Both the position numbers and the translations under genes were made by a program. A stretch of DNA of 32,384 nt, from NCBI GenBank assembly GCA_007120485.1, contig SKNP01000165.1, positions 1-32,384 on the forward strand, written 5' to 3'. The notes beneath the pieces were generated by a model. That model saw nothing but the letters and a program-made list of their open reading frames with translations, was not told the DNA's origin and searched no databases. The stretch comes from Nitriliruptoraceae bacterium (GTDB taxonomy: Bacteria; Actinomycetota; Nitriliruptoria; Nitriliruptorales; Nitriliruptoraceae). Positions 1-9,190 of this stretch are shown here, one piece after another; within the stretch, counting starts at the first letter, position 1, and the number at the start of each line of letters is the position of its first letter.

Positions 1-1295
1 ACGTCCCCGGCCGCGTCGTCGACCTCGTCGATCGCTCGCTGGTGCACCGGGTGAGCGATGGCGGTCCCGCCCGCTTCCACCTGCTCGAGACCGTGCGGAC
101 CTTCACGAGCGATCGGCTCGCCGCCTCCGACGTGCACCGCCGGACCGTCGAGCGGTTCGTGCGTGCCCACGTCGACCTCGCCGAGCGCATCGACCAGGGC
201 CTGCGCGGACCCGACGAGTCTGCGTGGGCCGACGTGCTCGACCGGCAGCTCCCCAACCTCGAGGCAGCGCACGGCCACGCCCAGCAGCTGGGCGACGTCG
301 ACGCGGTGGTGCGCATCGCCGTCGCGCCGTACCTGGTCGTCTACCACCGGTTGCGCGCGGACGTCGGCGTCTGGGCCGAGCGAGCCCTGCCGATGGCACA
401 ACGGGTCGACCATCCCCTGACGCCGGCCGTCGCTGCCGTCGTCGCCCTCAACCGCCTCTACCGGGGGGACCTCGACGGCGTGGCGGACCTGCTCCGCGAT
501 CCGCCCGACGACCCGGTCGCCCGCCATGCACACGAGGTGCTGGGCGACCTGCACCTCTACCGCGGCGAGCTGGACGCCGGGCTGGCGCACTTCCGGACCG
601 CGGAGGACCTGGCACGCCGCGTCGGAGACGACTTCACCGTGCTGCACAGCCGCATGAGCCAGAGCATGATCATCGGCTACCTGGGCCACCTCGACGAGGG
701 CCTGGAGCTCATCGACGCCGTACGACGCGAAGCATCCGCGACGCGGGTGCCCATGGTCGCCGCCTGGTGCGACTTCACCGAAGGCGAGCTGCTGGCGGAG
801 TCACAGCCACAGCGGGCCCTCGAGCTGGTCGATCGGATGGTCGAGGTAGCGGACCGTGCCGGCTGGCGGATGGGCGCAGGCGTCGCCCGCCTGACCGCCA
901 GCTCGCTGAGGGCCAGGGTGGCGGACCCCGCTGACGCCGTCCCCGGCTTCGAGCGGCTGATCCGCCACTGGGACCGTGTCGGCGATGAGACGCACCAATG
1001 GACCACCCTGCGCAACCTCATCGAGCTGCTCACCCGCCTCGGAGCCCACGCGCCGGCGGCGCGTCTGCTCGGGGCGGTCAGCACGGCCACGCGACCGACG
1101 TTCGGTCCCGAACGTCGGCGGCTCGAGGAGGCCCGTGACGCGATGCGGGCGCGCCTCGGCGAGGACGCGGACGCACTCGTCGAGGTGGGCCGTACGGACG
1201 ATCTCGCCGCGGCGGTCGGGTTGGCACTCGCCACGCTGGGCGAGCTGGCGGATGCGGACGGCGGCGCCTGCGCACGGCGAGACCCCGACAGCTAG
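1..1295 (+). CDS. C-terminal part of a large STAND/AfsR-LAL-type ATPase regulator (winged-helix plus TPR-like helical repeats); 5' end lies outside the window
   Basis: Frame 3 is open from base 3 (..VDLVDRSLVHRV..RFHLLETVRTF..), upstream of the track's GTG at 42. This segment aligns by eye with the post-NTPase region of the LuxR-family protein at 21349-24120 (LVEQSMVQVV..RYRLLETIRIF..). The remainder is helical and repeat-like. There is no C-terminal LuxR HTH. Confidence 0.6.
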   Translation, partial: VPGRVVDLVDRSLVHRVSDGGPARFHLLETVRTFTSDRLAASDVHRRTVERFVRAHVDLAERIDQGLRGPDESAWADVLDRQLPNLEAAHGHAQQLGDVDAVVRIAVAPYLVVYHRLRADVGVWAERALPMAQRVDHPLTPAVAAVVALNRLYRGDLDGVADLLRDPPDDPVARHAHEVLGDLHLYRGELDAGLAHFRTAEDLARRVGDDFTVLHSRMSQSMIIGYLGHLDEGLELIDAVRREASATRVPMVAAWCDFTEGELLAESQPQRALELVDRMVEVADRAGWRMGAGVARLTASSLRARVADPADAVPGFERLIRHWDRVGDETHQWTTLRNLIELLTRLGAHAPAARLLGAVSTATRPTFGPERRRLEEARDAMRARLGEDADALVEVGRTDDLAAAVGLALATLGELADADGGACARRDPDS

Positions 1296-1381
1296 ATCCG
1301 GGTCAGGTGCGCGGTCGCGTCACCATCCCACAGCTCCACAACCCTCGGCTCGGTCCGGTTGCCACGTACCGACCGGCGGTG

Positions 1382-2773
1382 TCAGCCGGTGTGCGCGACG
1401 GGGACGCTGTAGCTGACGGTCGTGCCCTGACCTGCCGTGCTGGCGATGTCGATGGTCCCCCCCTGGCCCTCGACGAGCATCTTGGTGACGTACAGACCCA
1501 GGCCGGTGCCACTGACCTTGTCGGACTCGTGGCTCTCGAGGCGGGCGAAGGGCTCGAACAACCGGTTCAGCTCAGGGGCGGCGATGCCGCGCCCCTGGTC
1601 GCTGATGTGGACCAGCAAGCGATCCCTGCGACGTTCGATCCCCACGGAGATGGGCGTGCCAGCTGGTGAGAACTTCGCGGCGTTCGACAGCAGGTTGTGC
1701 AGGACCTGCACCTGACGGTCGGCGTCAGCGAGCACCGGCGGCAGATCTGGGTCTGCGGAGACCTCGACGGTCCGGCCTCGGGTCTGGCGGATCTCGGTCG
1801 CGACCTCGCCGACGAGGGCAGGAAGGTCGACGGGGGCGAGGTCGTAGCGGAACCGGTCCGACTCGAGCTGCGCGACGGTGAGGATGTCATCGAGGAGACG
1901 TTCGATGCGCTCGGTGTTGCGCATGATCGTGGCCAGGAAGTCCGCGAGCCGCGCCGGATCGAGCTCGGCTCTGCGCTCCTGCAGCACCTCGGTCAGGCCC
2001 GAGATCACCGTGGTCGGTGTGCGGATGTCGTGGACGATCGTCGCCGTGAAGTCTTGCCGGGCTCGTGCCCGGTTCGCGGCGTCGCGCAGCTCCCTTCGAA
2101 GCGCAGCTCGCTCGCGACGCACCGCCTGGTGGTCCACGGCGCGCGCGACGGCTTCTTGCTGGAGGACCTGGCCGAGGTGCGCGCGTCCGGGCGGCACCTC
2201 GGACCGGAACGGATCGCCGTGGACGAGCCCCGTATGCGCATCACAGACCTTCTGCAGCGCTGCGGCATCGGCATCCTGATCGCCGAACAGTGCCGTCGGG
2301 TAGGCACACATCAGGACGAACGGTCGGTCCTGGGCGAGTTCGTCGGCCAACTCCTCGACGTGCATCGCCGGGGTCACCTCGCCACGTTCCCACAGTCGGC
2401 CAGCGAGTTCGGCGTAGACACGGACGTGACGGCCCGCTTGGAGGTGCTCGTCGAGCGCGCCGTCCACCGTGGCCCGGAACCGGTCCCGATCCGCCGCGCC
2501 GTCGTGCAGGATGGACGCCAGCACCGCATCGACGTCCAGGAACACGCACCGGTCGGACTCCGGGTCGATCCCTGCGGCGGTCAGTGCCGCGACGATGCCC
2601 GCTTGGTGGTCTGGCGTCGCGACCACGACCGCTGCATTGTCGACGTCACGTAACGAGGGGGTGACGAAGTCCACGACGTTCGCCACCAGATCCGTCCGGG
2701 TCGCGAAGAACCCGGCCAGATGTGCGTACTGCCCAGCCGAGACGTTCGCGCCAGGTTCCACCCTCGTGGACAT
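1382..2773 (-). CDS. Cytoplasmic sensor histidine kinase with N-terminal MEDS-like sensory domain (HisKA + HATPase_c)
   Basis: Track ORF 1382..2833. The N-terminus (YAHLAGFFATRTDLVANVVDFV..RVYAELAGRLW..FVLMCAYP) resembles MEDS domains. H-box is TATIVHDIRTPTTVISG. ATPase boxes are NLLSNAAKFSP, DQGRGI and GTGLGLYV. No TM segment. I prefer ATG 2773 (MSTRVEP, purine-rich stretch upstream) over GTG 2833, but the start is uncertain. Confidence 0.8.
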   Translation of the reverse strand: MSTRVEPGANVSAGQYAHLAGFFATRTDLVANVVDFVTPSLRDVDNAAVVVATPDHQAGIVAALTAAGIDPESDRCVFLDVDAVLASILHDGAADRDRFRATVDGALDEHLQAGRHVRVYAELAGRLWERGEVTPAMHVEELADELAQDRPFVLMCAYPTALFGDQDADAAALQKVCDAHTGLVHGDPFRSEVPPGRAHLGQVLQQEAVARAVDHQAVRRERAALRRELRDAANRARARQDFTATIVHDIRTPTTVISGLTEVLQERRAELDPARLADFLATIMRNTERIERLLDDILTVAQLESDRFRYDLAPVDLPALVGEVATEIRQTRGRTVEVSADPDLPPVLADADRQVQVLHNLLSNAAKFSPAGTPISVGIERRRDRLLVHISDQGRGIAAPELNRLFEPFARLESHESDKVSGTGLGLYVTKMLVEGQGGTIDIASTAGQGTTVSYSVPVAHTG

Positions 2774-3079
2774 GCGGTCACTCGCCCCCAGACCGGATCC
2801 ATCGGTCAACACCGATCGGATCCCGAACCTCACTGTACGCCCCTGCCGAGAGCACCGAAACTCCCGACACCGCCGACATCGGCCGCAGGGCTCGGGCTGG
2901 ATCGGCCCCTCCGGTCCACCCTGGCTACCGCTGCACGCGTCCGAGCAGGTGGCTGCCGTCCCCGTCGGTCACCGTGGGGAACCAGGAGTCGGCGGCGACC
3001 GTCGCGTAGCCTGACGGGACGGACAGCATCCGGCAGGGGGCTCTGCGGTATCGATCCGGCCCAGTTCTACACCGGCCTC

Positions 3080-3850
3080 GTGTCGCGCCTCTACGGACCC
3101 TTGCGTGGGCGTATCGATGACGACGTGGGACCCTGCGCGCGCTTCATCGCGCAGGCAGGACAGCCGGCGCTCGAACTCGGCTGCGGTGACGGCGATCCGT
3201 TGCTCGGGCTCCGGGAACGTGGGCTGGATGTCGATGGGCTCGACAGCTCCGCCGACATGCTCGCACGCTGCCGTGCCGCCGCAGCCGCGCGCAGCCTGGA
3301 GGTGACCGTTTACCACCAGGCGATGGAGGAGATGGATCTGCCCCGTGCCTACCGGGCGATCTTCCTCGCCGGACCGACCTTCACCCTGCTCCCCGACGAC
3401 CACGCGGCGCGTCGTACGCTCGAACGGATCCGGGACCACCTCACCGCGGATGGGTTGGCTCGCATCCCGCTGTTCGTGCCCGAGCCGGCCCGACCGGAGA
3501 CGATCGGCACCACGAAGACGCACACCACGCCCGAGGGTGAGCACATGCACGTGACCGCGGTCGCCCAGGATCGTGACGAGACCGCGCGGGTCCAGACCAC
3601 GCAGCTTCGCTACGAGCTTCACACGCCGAACGGTCAGGTCGAGGTCGTTGAACGACCGTGGCGGCTCCACTGGTACACCCAGAGCGGGTTCCGCGACCTC
3701 GCCTCGCGTGCCGGGCTGGACGTTCGGGCGGTCATCGGCCCGAACGGCGCGACCGCCACGGCCGGCGACCCATCGTTCGACGTCATCCTCGCGTTACCGA
3801 GCCCTCCGACGGCGAACCCCGCCGCGATCGACGCCGGCGCGCGGATGTAG
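3080..3850 (+). CDS. Class I SAM-dependent methyltransferase
   Basis: Lies within track ORF 2720..3850. SAM motif I is LELGCGDGDPLLGLRERGLDVDGLDSS, followed by a Rossmann-type AIFLAGPTFTLL region. The first ~100 codons of the track ORF are Arg/Pro-rich and overlap the divergent kinase 5' region. I therefore start at the first in-frame GTG (3080, VSRLYGPL); CTG 3011 is an alternative. Confidence 0.65.
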   Translation: MSRLYGPLRGRIDDDVGPCARFIAQAGQPALELGCGDGDPLLGLRERGLDVDGLDSSADMLARCRAAAAARSLEVTVYHQAMEEMDLPRAYRAIFLAGPTFTLLPDDHAARRTLERIRDHLTADGLARIPLFVPEPARPETIGTTKTHTTPEGEHMHVTAVAQDRDETARVQTTQLRYELHTPNGQVEVVERPWRLHWYTQSGFRDLASRAGLDVRAVIGPNGATATAGDPSFDVILALPSPPTANPAAIDAGARM

Positions 3851-3882
3851 CCCCAGCACGAGCCAGCCACCGTCCGTCCAGG

Positions 3883-5289
3883 TCACCCCAACCCGAGCGC
3901 GGGCGGCGGCCACGTCGGTGCGGCCGCAGCGGGACGGGCCCGCTCGAAGAACGCGGCGGCGGCCAACGCCGTGTCATCAGCGAAGCGGCGTGCGGCCAGC
4001 TGCACCCCGATCGGTTTGCCCTCGGTGGTGAACCCGGCGTTGACGGTCGCCGCAGGCTGATGGGAGAAGTTGTACGGCACGGTGAAGGCGATGTGTTCCA
4101 TCGTGCGGGTGTGGTCGTCGGTCGGGGCGTGCCACTCGGCCGGGTAGGTCGGCACCGGCGCCACCGGCGACAGCACCAGGTCGTAGGTGGACGTGGCCGC
4201 CAGCGTCGCCTGGCCGACCTCCAGCATCCGGTTGAGACAGCGCATCACCACCACGCCCGGTACGTCCGCGCCGCCGCGACACCAGTCCGCGATGTAGGGC
4301 AGGACGGCGTGCTGCCGGTCGTGGTCCAGGGCCGTGAACTCCGCCCAGCCACGGACCCGCCAGAGCAGGTCGAGGTCGTCGAGCATCTCCCGGTCGAAGA
4401 ACGGGTCGATCCGCTCGACGGTCGCGCCAGCGTCCGCGAACACCACGGCCGCGGCGTCCACCGCCGCACCGACCTGCGCATCCACGGGCAGACCGCAGCC
4501 CGCGTCGGGCAGGACCGCGACGCGCCAGCCCGCCACCTCGACGTCGTCGACGTTCAGGTCCAGCTCCTGCGACGGGAGGCTGGTCGGGTCGCGCTCATCG
4601 GGCCCGGACAGCACCGACAGCAGCAGCGTGGCGTCGGCGACCGTGCGCGTCATCGGGCCGGGCGCCCGGCCGTAGTAGGGCGGGTCGGTCGGGGCCCGCC
4701 CCCAGCTGGGTTTGAGGCTGGCCAGACCTGACCACCCGGCGGGCAGCCGCACCGACCCGCCGATGTCGCTGCCGATGTGCAGCGGGCCGTAGCCGGCTGC
4801 CGCGGCTGCTGCTGCCCCGGCGCTCGAGCCGCCGGGGTTCCACTCCGGGTTCCACGCGTTGCGGGTCAACGGATGGAAGCTCGACCGTCCTGAGGAGAGC
4901 ATCCCCATGTCCGGCATCGTGGTCTTGGCCAACAGCACCGCTCCCGCCGCCCGGGTGCGCTCGGCGGGCGGCCCGTCCGTCGTGGCGGGCACCAGGCGCG
5001 TCGCCGCCGTCCCGCCCGGCACCGGGGTACCGCGGGTCGCGATGTTCTCCTTGATCGTGATGGGCACCCCGTCCAGCGGGCCACGGGGCTCCCCCGCCTG
5101 CCAGCGCCGCTCGCTGGCTCGGGCCGCAGCGCGAGCCCCGTCCGGGTCGGGTGCGTACAGTGCCTGCAGGGTGGGCTCGACCGCCTCGATACGGGCGTGG
5201 ACGGCGTCGACCACCTCGACGGGCGAGAACGTCCCCTCGCGGTAGCCGACCAGCAGGTCGGTCGCCGGCAGATCTGCCAGATCGGTCAC
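3883..5289 (-). CDS. Amidase (amidase-signature family)
   Basis: 468 aa with the signature block GGSSAGAAAAAAAGYGPLHIGSDIGGSVRLPA and an upstream ITIKENI lysine region. GTG start at 5289 is preceded by GAGGGAG about 8 nt upstream. Confidence 0.85.
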   Translation of the reverse strand: MTDLADLPATDLLVGYREGTFSPVEVVDAVHARIEAVEPTLQALYAPDPDGARAAARASERRWQAGEPRGPLDGVPITIKENIATRGTPVPGGTAATRLVPATTDGPPAERTRAAGAVLLAKTTMPDMGMLSSGRSSFHPLTRNAWNPEWNPGGSSAGAAAAAAAGYGPLHIGSDIGGSVRLPAGWSGLASLKPSWGRAPTDPPYYGRAPGPMTRTVADATLLLSVLSGPDERDPTSLPSQELDLNVDDVEVAGWRVAVLPDAGCGLPVDAQVGAAVDAAAVVFADAGATVERIDPFFDREMLDDLDLLWRVRGWAEFTALDHDRQHAVLPYIADWCRGGADVPGVVVMRCLNRMLEVGQATLAATSTYDLVLSPVAPVPTYPAEWHAPTDDHTRTMEHIAFTVPYNFSHQPAATVNAGFTTEGKPIGVQLAARRFADDTALAAAAFFERARPAAAAPTWPPPALGLG

Positions 5290-5340
5290 GGTGCGGGCTC
5301 CCTCGTCGCCTCGCGGCTTCGCGTCGCTCGTCTCTGCGGG

Positions 5341-6123
5341 TCAGGCCGGTGGTTCGAACCGGCCGTCGATCGCGGTCCAGCCGCCGTCGACGGTGACCAC
5401 GCTGCCGGTCACGAAGCTGCTCGCGTCCGACGCGAGGTAGACCACCGCACCGGCCAGTTCGCTCGGCTGCGCCCACCGGTTGAGCGCCGTCTTGGACGCG
5501 TAGGCCTGGTACCAGTCCGGATCCTGGGTGATCGGCGCGGTCAGCGGCGTCTCCACGATCCCGGGCGCGATCGCGTTGCAGCGGACCCCTTGTGGGCCGA
5601 GCTCAGCGGCCGCGGTGCGCAACAACTGGATCAGGCCGGACTTGGTGGCGGCGTACACGCCCTGGCCCGGCTCCACGGTCTGGGCGCGGATCGAGGAGAA
5701 CCCGATGATGCTGCCGCCGCCACGGGCCACCATGGTGCGACCGAACGAGCGGATCAGGTCGAACGCGCCCCGCAGGTTGAGATCGACGACCCGATCGAAC
5801 TCCGAACGCTCGTAGTCGAGCAGCCGCTTGCGGACGTTGATCGCGGGGGTGAAGACCAGCACATCGACGTCGGCGTGTTCCTCGGCGACGGCCGCGATCT
5901 GCGCGCCGTCGACCAGGTCCAGGTGCGCCCCGGTGGCCTGCGCTCCCGCGTCGTCCCGTGCCGCCTGCGCGGTGGCCGTCGCGGCATCGGTGTCACGGTC
6001 GAGGCAGAGCACCTCGGCGCCGTGGGCGGCCAGCGCCAGCGCGGCCTCCCGACCGATCCCGGCGCCGGCGCCGACGACGGCGGCGCGCCGGCCGTCCAGC
6101 CGGAACAGCTGCTCATAGCTCAC
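5341..6123 (-). CDS. SDR-family (short-chain dehydrogenase/reductase) oxidoreductase
   Basis: 260 aa. Cofactor motif VVGAGAGIGREAALALAAHGAEV, catalytic YAATKSG (YxxxK), and NAIAPGIVETP. GTG start 6121-6123 overlaps the upstream gene's TGA (GTGA). Confidence 0.85.
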   Translation of the reverse strand: MSYEQLFRLDGRRAAVVGAGAGIGREAALALAAHGAEVLCLDRDTDAATATAQAARDDAGAQATGAHLDLVDGAQIAAVAEEHADVDVLVFTPAINVRKRLLDYERSEFDRVVDLNLRGAFDLIRSFGRTMVARGGGSIIGFSSIRAQTVEPGQGVYAATKSGLIQLLRTAAAELGPQGVRCNAIAPGIVETPLTAPITQDPDWYQAYASKTALNRWAQPSELAGAVVYLASDASSFVTGSVVTVDGGWTAIDGRFEPPA

Positions 6124-7241
6124 GTTGCACTCTCCTGGGTCTGTGTGGCGGTGGTCGGTGAGCCACCCACCGCCGAGGGGAACCGGTCGCGGTAGCTGTG
6201 CCAGCTGCCGGCCGGGGTGGACGTCGAGGTGGCAGCCAGCAGCGCATGGGCGGTGGCCCGGCTGATGGTGTCAGCACCGGCGGCCAGGATGGCCTGGAGC
6301 CGGACGAAGTCAGGTCCCGACCCGGTGCCGGTCGCGACGGCGAACACGGTGTCGCCGTCGATCATCGAGTGGGCCGGTCGGATCGCCCGCGCCAGCCCGT
6401 CCTGTCCGACGCCCGCCAGCTTGGCAGCGTGCGCCTTCGACAGGGTCGCGTCGGTCGCGATCACGGCCAGGGCGGTGTTGAGGCTGGCTTCGCCCGCGAT
6501 CTCGGCCAGGTGCGCCTCGAGCTCCGCCGGCACCGGCGGCCGCAGGTGGTCGAACTCCCCAGCGAGCCCGACGCGAGCGCCGGCGAGCTCGCCCGTCACC
6601 GGGTCGACGGTCGACCCGGCGGCGTTGCAGACGACCAACGCGGCGATCGTGGTGCCGTCAGCGAGCCGCACGCTGGCGGTCCCGAGCCCACCGCGCAGCC
6701 CACCAGCGACGGCCCCCGTGCCCGCCCCGACGTTGCCGGACGCGACGGGCTGGCCGACGCCGGCAGCTGCCGCGGCGTCATGCGCTGCAGCCCCGAAGCC
6801 GGCATCGGGCCGGTTGCTCGCCACCCCACCGCGACCGACGTCGAACAGCGCCGCCGTCGGCACGATCGGCACGGTGACCGGAGGCGGGGCGACGCCGTCG
6901 GGCCCGGGCGCTTGGACCACCTGCACACCGACGCCACGAGCTTCCAGCCGCGCCATCACCCCATCGGCGGCGGCGAGACCGAAGGCGCTCCCGCCGGTGA
7001 GCACCAGCGCGTGGACCCGCTCGACCGCAGCCGTCGGGTCGAGCAGGTCGGTCTCGCGGGTCGCCGGTCCCCCGCCGCGGACATCGACGCCGGCGACCGC
7101 GCCGTCCTGGCCCAACAGCACCACCGTGGTGCCCGACAACCACCCATCGCCGATCGCGGTGTGGTGGCCGACGCGAACCCCGGCGACGTCGGCCAACGAG
7201 TTGGTCGGCCCCGGCTGCGGTTGGTCGACGGCGGTGGTCAT
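6120..7241 (-). CDS. P1/S58-family peptidase (DmpA-like L-aminopeptidase/D-esterase, beta-peptidyl aminopeptidase family)
   Basis: MTTAVDQ..SLADVAGVRVGHHT..SGTTVVLL..VDVRGGGPATRETDLL..VHALVLTGGSAFGLAAADGV..GNVGAGTGAVAGGLRGGLGTAS is typical of the DmpA family. The track ORF runs on to 7481, but that extension is Arg-rich and overlaps the upstream ATPase gene. ATG 7241 has GGAG about 6 nt upstream. Confidence 0.8.
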   Translation of the reverse strand: MTTAVDQPQPGPTNSLADVAGVRVGHHTAIGDGWLSGTTVVLLGQDGAVAGVDVRGGGPATRETDLLDPTAAVERVHALVLTGGSAFGLAAADGVMARLEARGVGVQVVQAPGPDGVAPPPVTVPIVPTAALFDVGRGGVASNRPDAGFGAAAHDAAAAAGVGQPVASGNVGAGTGAVAGGLRGGLGTASVRLADGTTIAALVVCNAAGSTVDPVTGELAGARVGLAGEFDHLRPPVPAELEAHLAEIAGEASLNTALAVIATDATLSKAHAAKLAGVGQDGLARAIRPAHSMIDGDTVFAVATGTGSGPDFVRLQAILAAGADTISRATAHALLAATSTSTPAGSWHSYRDRFPSAVGGSPTTATQTQESAT

Positions 7242-7256
7242 GCGGGCTCCAGCAGG

Positions 7257-7299
7257 TCGGATCGGGCGGCGGCATCCGGCAGATCGGATCGGGCGGCGG
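7257..7299. repeat. 16-nt direct repeat x2 (tcggatcgggcggcgg, period 27) filling the short spacer between the second ABC ATPase gene and the DmpA-like gene
   Basis: Exact copies at 7257-7272 and 7284-7299, read directly from the sequence. Confidence 0.85.
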
Positions 7300-8187
7300 T
7301 CATGACGGCTCCGGCGGGTCGCGCCGGACGAGCGACTCCGACGCGGTGTCCGACGGGACGTCGCGCAGCAGCGTCGAGGGTGTCGCCCCGTCCAGCGCCC
7401 GTCGCAGCGTCGGGACCGCGGCGACCAACGCCTGGGTGTAGGGGTGCTGCGGTTCGGAGGCGATCGCCTCCGCCGAGCCACGTTCCACCAGTTGACCGGT
7501 CCGCATCACCGCGACCGTGTCGCACACGTGCCGGACCACGGCGAGGTCGTGGGAGACGAACACCAGCGTGAGGTCGAACCGTTCGACCAGGTCCTGGAGC
7601 AGGTTGAGGATCTGCGCCCGGACGGAGACATCCAGGGCGCTGACCGGTTCGTCGGCGAGCAGCACCGACGGACGGACCGCCAGCGCGCGGGCGATCGCGA
7701 TGCGTTGGCGTTGGCCGCCGGAGAACTGGTGTGGGTAGCGCGACGCCGATCCGCGGGGCAACCCGACGGCGTCGAGCAGCTCGTCGACGCGCTCGTGGCT
7801 GCCCGGCGCCCGTTGGGCGACCAGCGGCTCGGCGATCAGCTCGCGGACCCGCATCCGTGGATCCAGGGACGCCATCGGGTCCTGGAAGACGACCTGCACG
7901 TCGCCGCGGAGGAACCTCAGCTGTCGGTCGCGTCGGCCCACCAGCTCCTGACCACGGAACCGAACCGACCCGGACGTGGGCTGCTGGAGCGCGGCCAGGC
8001 ACCGCAGCAGGGTCGACTTGCCGGACCCGGATTCACCGACCAGCCCGAACCGCTGGCCAGCGGTCACCTGCAGGTCGACGCGATCGACCGCCGTCAACGA
8101 CGGGCTGCGGTGCCGCAGCGAGGTCCGTGGCTGCCGGAACCGGCAGACCAGGTCGCGGACGTCGTAGATCACCTCCGGCTCAGCCAT
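7300..8187 (-). CDS. Peptide/nickel-type ABC transporter ATP-binding protein (OppF/DppF-like)
   Basis: MAEPEVIYDVRDLVCRF.., Walker A GESGSGKST, signature FSGGQRQR, Walker B LLADEPVSALD, and the C-terminal oligopeptide-type extension. ATG 8187 overlaps the upstream stop by 8 nt. The track extension to 8274 is Arg-rich. Confidence 0.85.
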   Translation of the reverse strand: MAEPEVIYDVRDLVCRFRQPRTSLRHRSPSLTAVDRVDLQVTAGQRFGLVGESGSGKSTLLRCLAALQQPTSGSVRFRGQELVGRRDRQLRFLRGDVQVVFQDPMASLDPRMRVRELIAEPLVAQRAPGSHERVDELLDAVGLPRGSASRYPHQFSGGQRQRIAIARALAVRPSVLLADEPVSALDVSVRAQILNLLQDLVERFDLTLVFVSHDLAVVRHVCDTVAVMRTGQLVERGSAEAIASEPQHPYTQALVAAVPTLRRALDGATPSTLLRDVPSDTASESLVRRDPPEPS

Positions 8188-9190
8188 GCGGTGCCCCGCT
8201 CGGGTACCAGCAGGCCACACCGTGGTCCTCGCGGCCGGTCCAGCCCGGCCAGACCGTGCACGCCTCGTCGCCACGCGGGCACCGGTTGCGGAACACGCAG
8301 CCGCTCGGGAAGCGTCCGTCCGGGGGCACCGCGCCGGGGATCGTCGGCAACCGTCCCTGATCGTCGACCGCCTCGAGATCGGAGGCAGCCAGCAGCCCTT
8401 CGGTGTACGGGTGGCGAGGACGCGTCAGCAGCTGATGGGTCGGCCCGGCCTCCACGATCCGCCCGCCGTACAACACCAGCAGCCGCTCGCACACGGTCGC
8501 GACCACCGGCAGGTCGTGGCTGATGAACAGCAGCCCGGAGGTGCGGTCGGCGACGCCGGCAGCGATCAGCTGCAGCATCTGTGCCTGGACCGTGACATCC
8601 AGCGCCGTGGTCGGCTCGTCGCAGATCAGCACGTCCGGGCCGTTGGCCAGCGCCATCGCGAGCATGACCCGCTGCCGCTGCCCACCGGAGAGCTGGTGGG
8701 GGTAGCGCCGGGCGATCCGCACCGGGTCGGGCAGCTCCACGTCCGCCAGCAGCTGCTGGGCACGTCGCGTCGCATCCTCGCGATCGTCGACGGTCCCGTG
8801 GATCCGCAGCACCTCGGCGACCTGGTGGCCGACGCGCATCAACGGGTTGAGCGCGGTCATCGGCTCCTGGAACACCATGCCCAGGCGGCGACCGCGTAAG
8901 CCCGAGCGTTCGCGTTCACCGATGCGGAGCAGGTCGGTCTCGACCCCGCGCAACTGGACCGTGCCACCGGCGGTGAGCCCCTCGGGCAGCAACCCCATCA
9001 CGGCCAGAGCGGTCAGGGACTTCCCCGACCCGGACTCCCCGATCAGGCCGACCCGCTCCCCCGGTCCCAGCGAGAAGGTCACGTCCTCCAACAGGGTGTG
9101 CCCACCCGTGGCCACGGTCAGGTCGCGGACCTCCAGCACGGACACGCTCGGGTCCTGTGGGTGGGCGGCGGCCAGGGCGTCCGCGCTCAC
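8180..9190 (-). CDS. Peptide/nickel-type ABC transporter ATP-binding protein (OppD/DppD-like)
   Basis: Walker A GESGSGKS, signature LSGGQRQR, Walker B LICDEPTTALD, and C-terminal Cys-containing tail CVFRNRCP. GTG start 9190 overlaps the upstream TGA (GTGA). Confidence 0.85.
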   Translation of the reverse strand: MSADALAAAHPQDPSVSVLEVRDLTVATGGHTLLEDVTFSLGPGERVGLIGESGSGKSLTALAVMGLLPEGLTAGGTVQLRGVETDLLRIGERERSGLRGRRLGMVFQEPMTALNPLMRVGHQVAEVLRIHGTVDDREDATRRAQQLLADVELPDPVRIARRYPHQLSGGQRQRVMLAMALANGPDVLICDEPTTALDVTVQAQMLQLIAAGVADRTSGLLFISHDLPVVATVCERLLVLYGGRIVEAGPTHQLLTRPRHPYTEGLLAASDLEAVDDQGRLPTIPGAVPPDGRFPSGCVFRNRCPRGDEACTVWPGWTGREDHGVACWYPSGAPHG

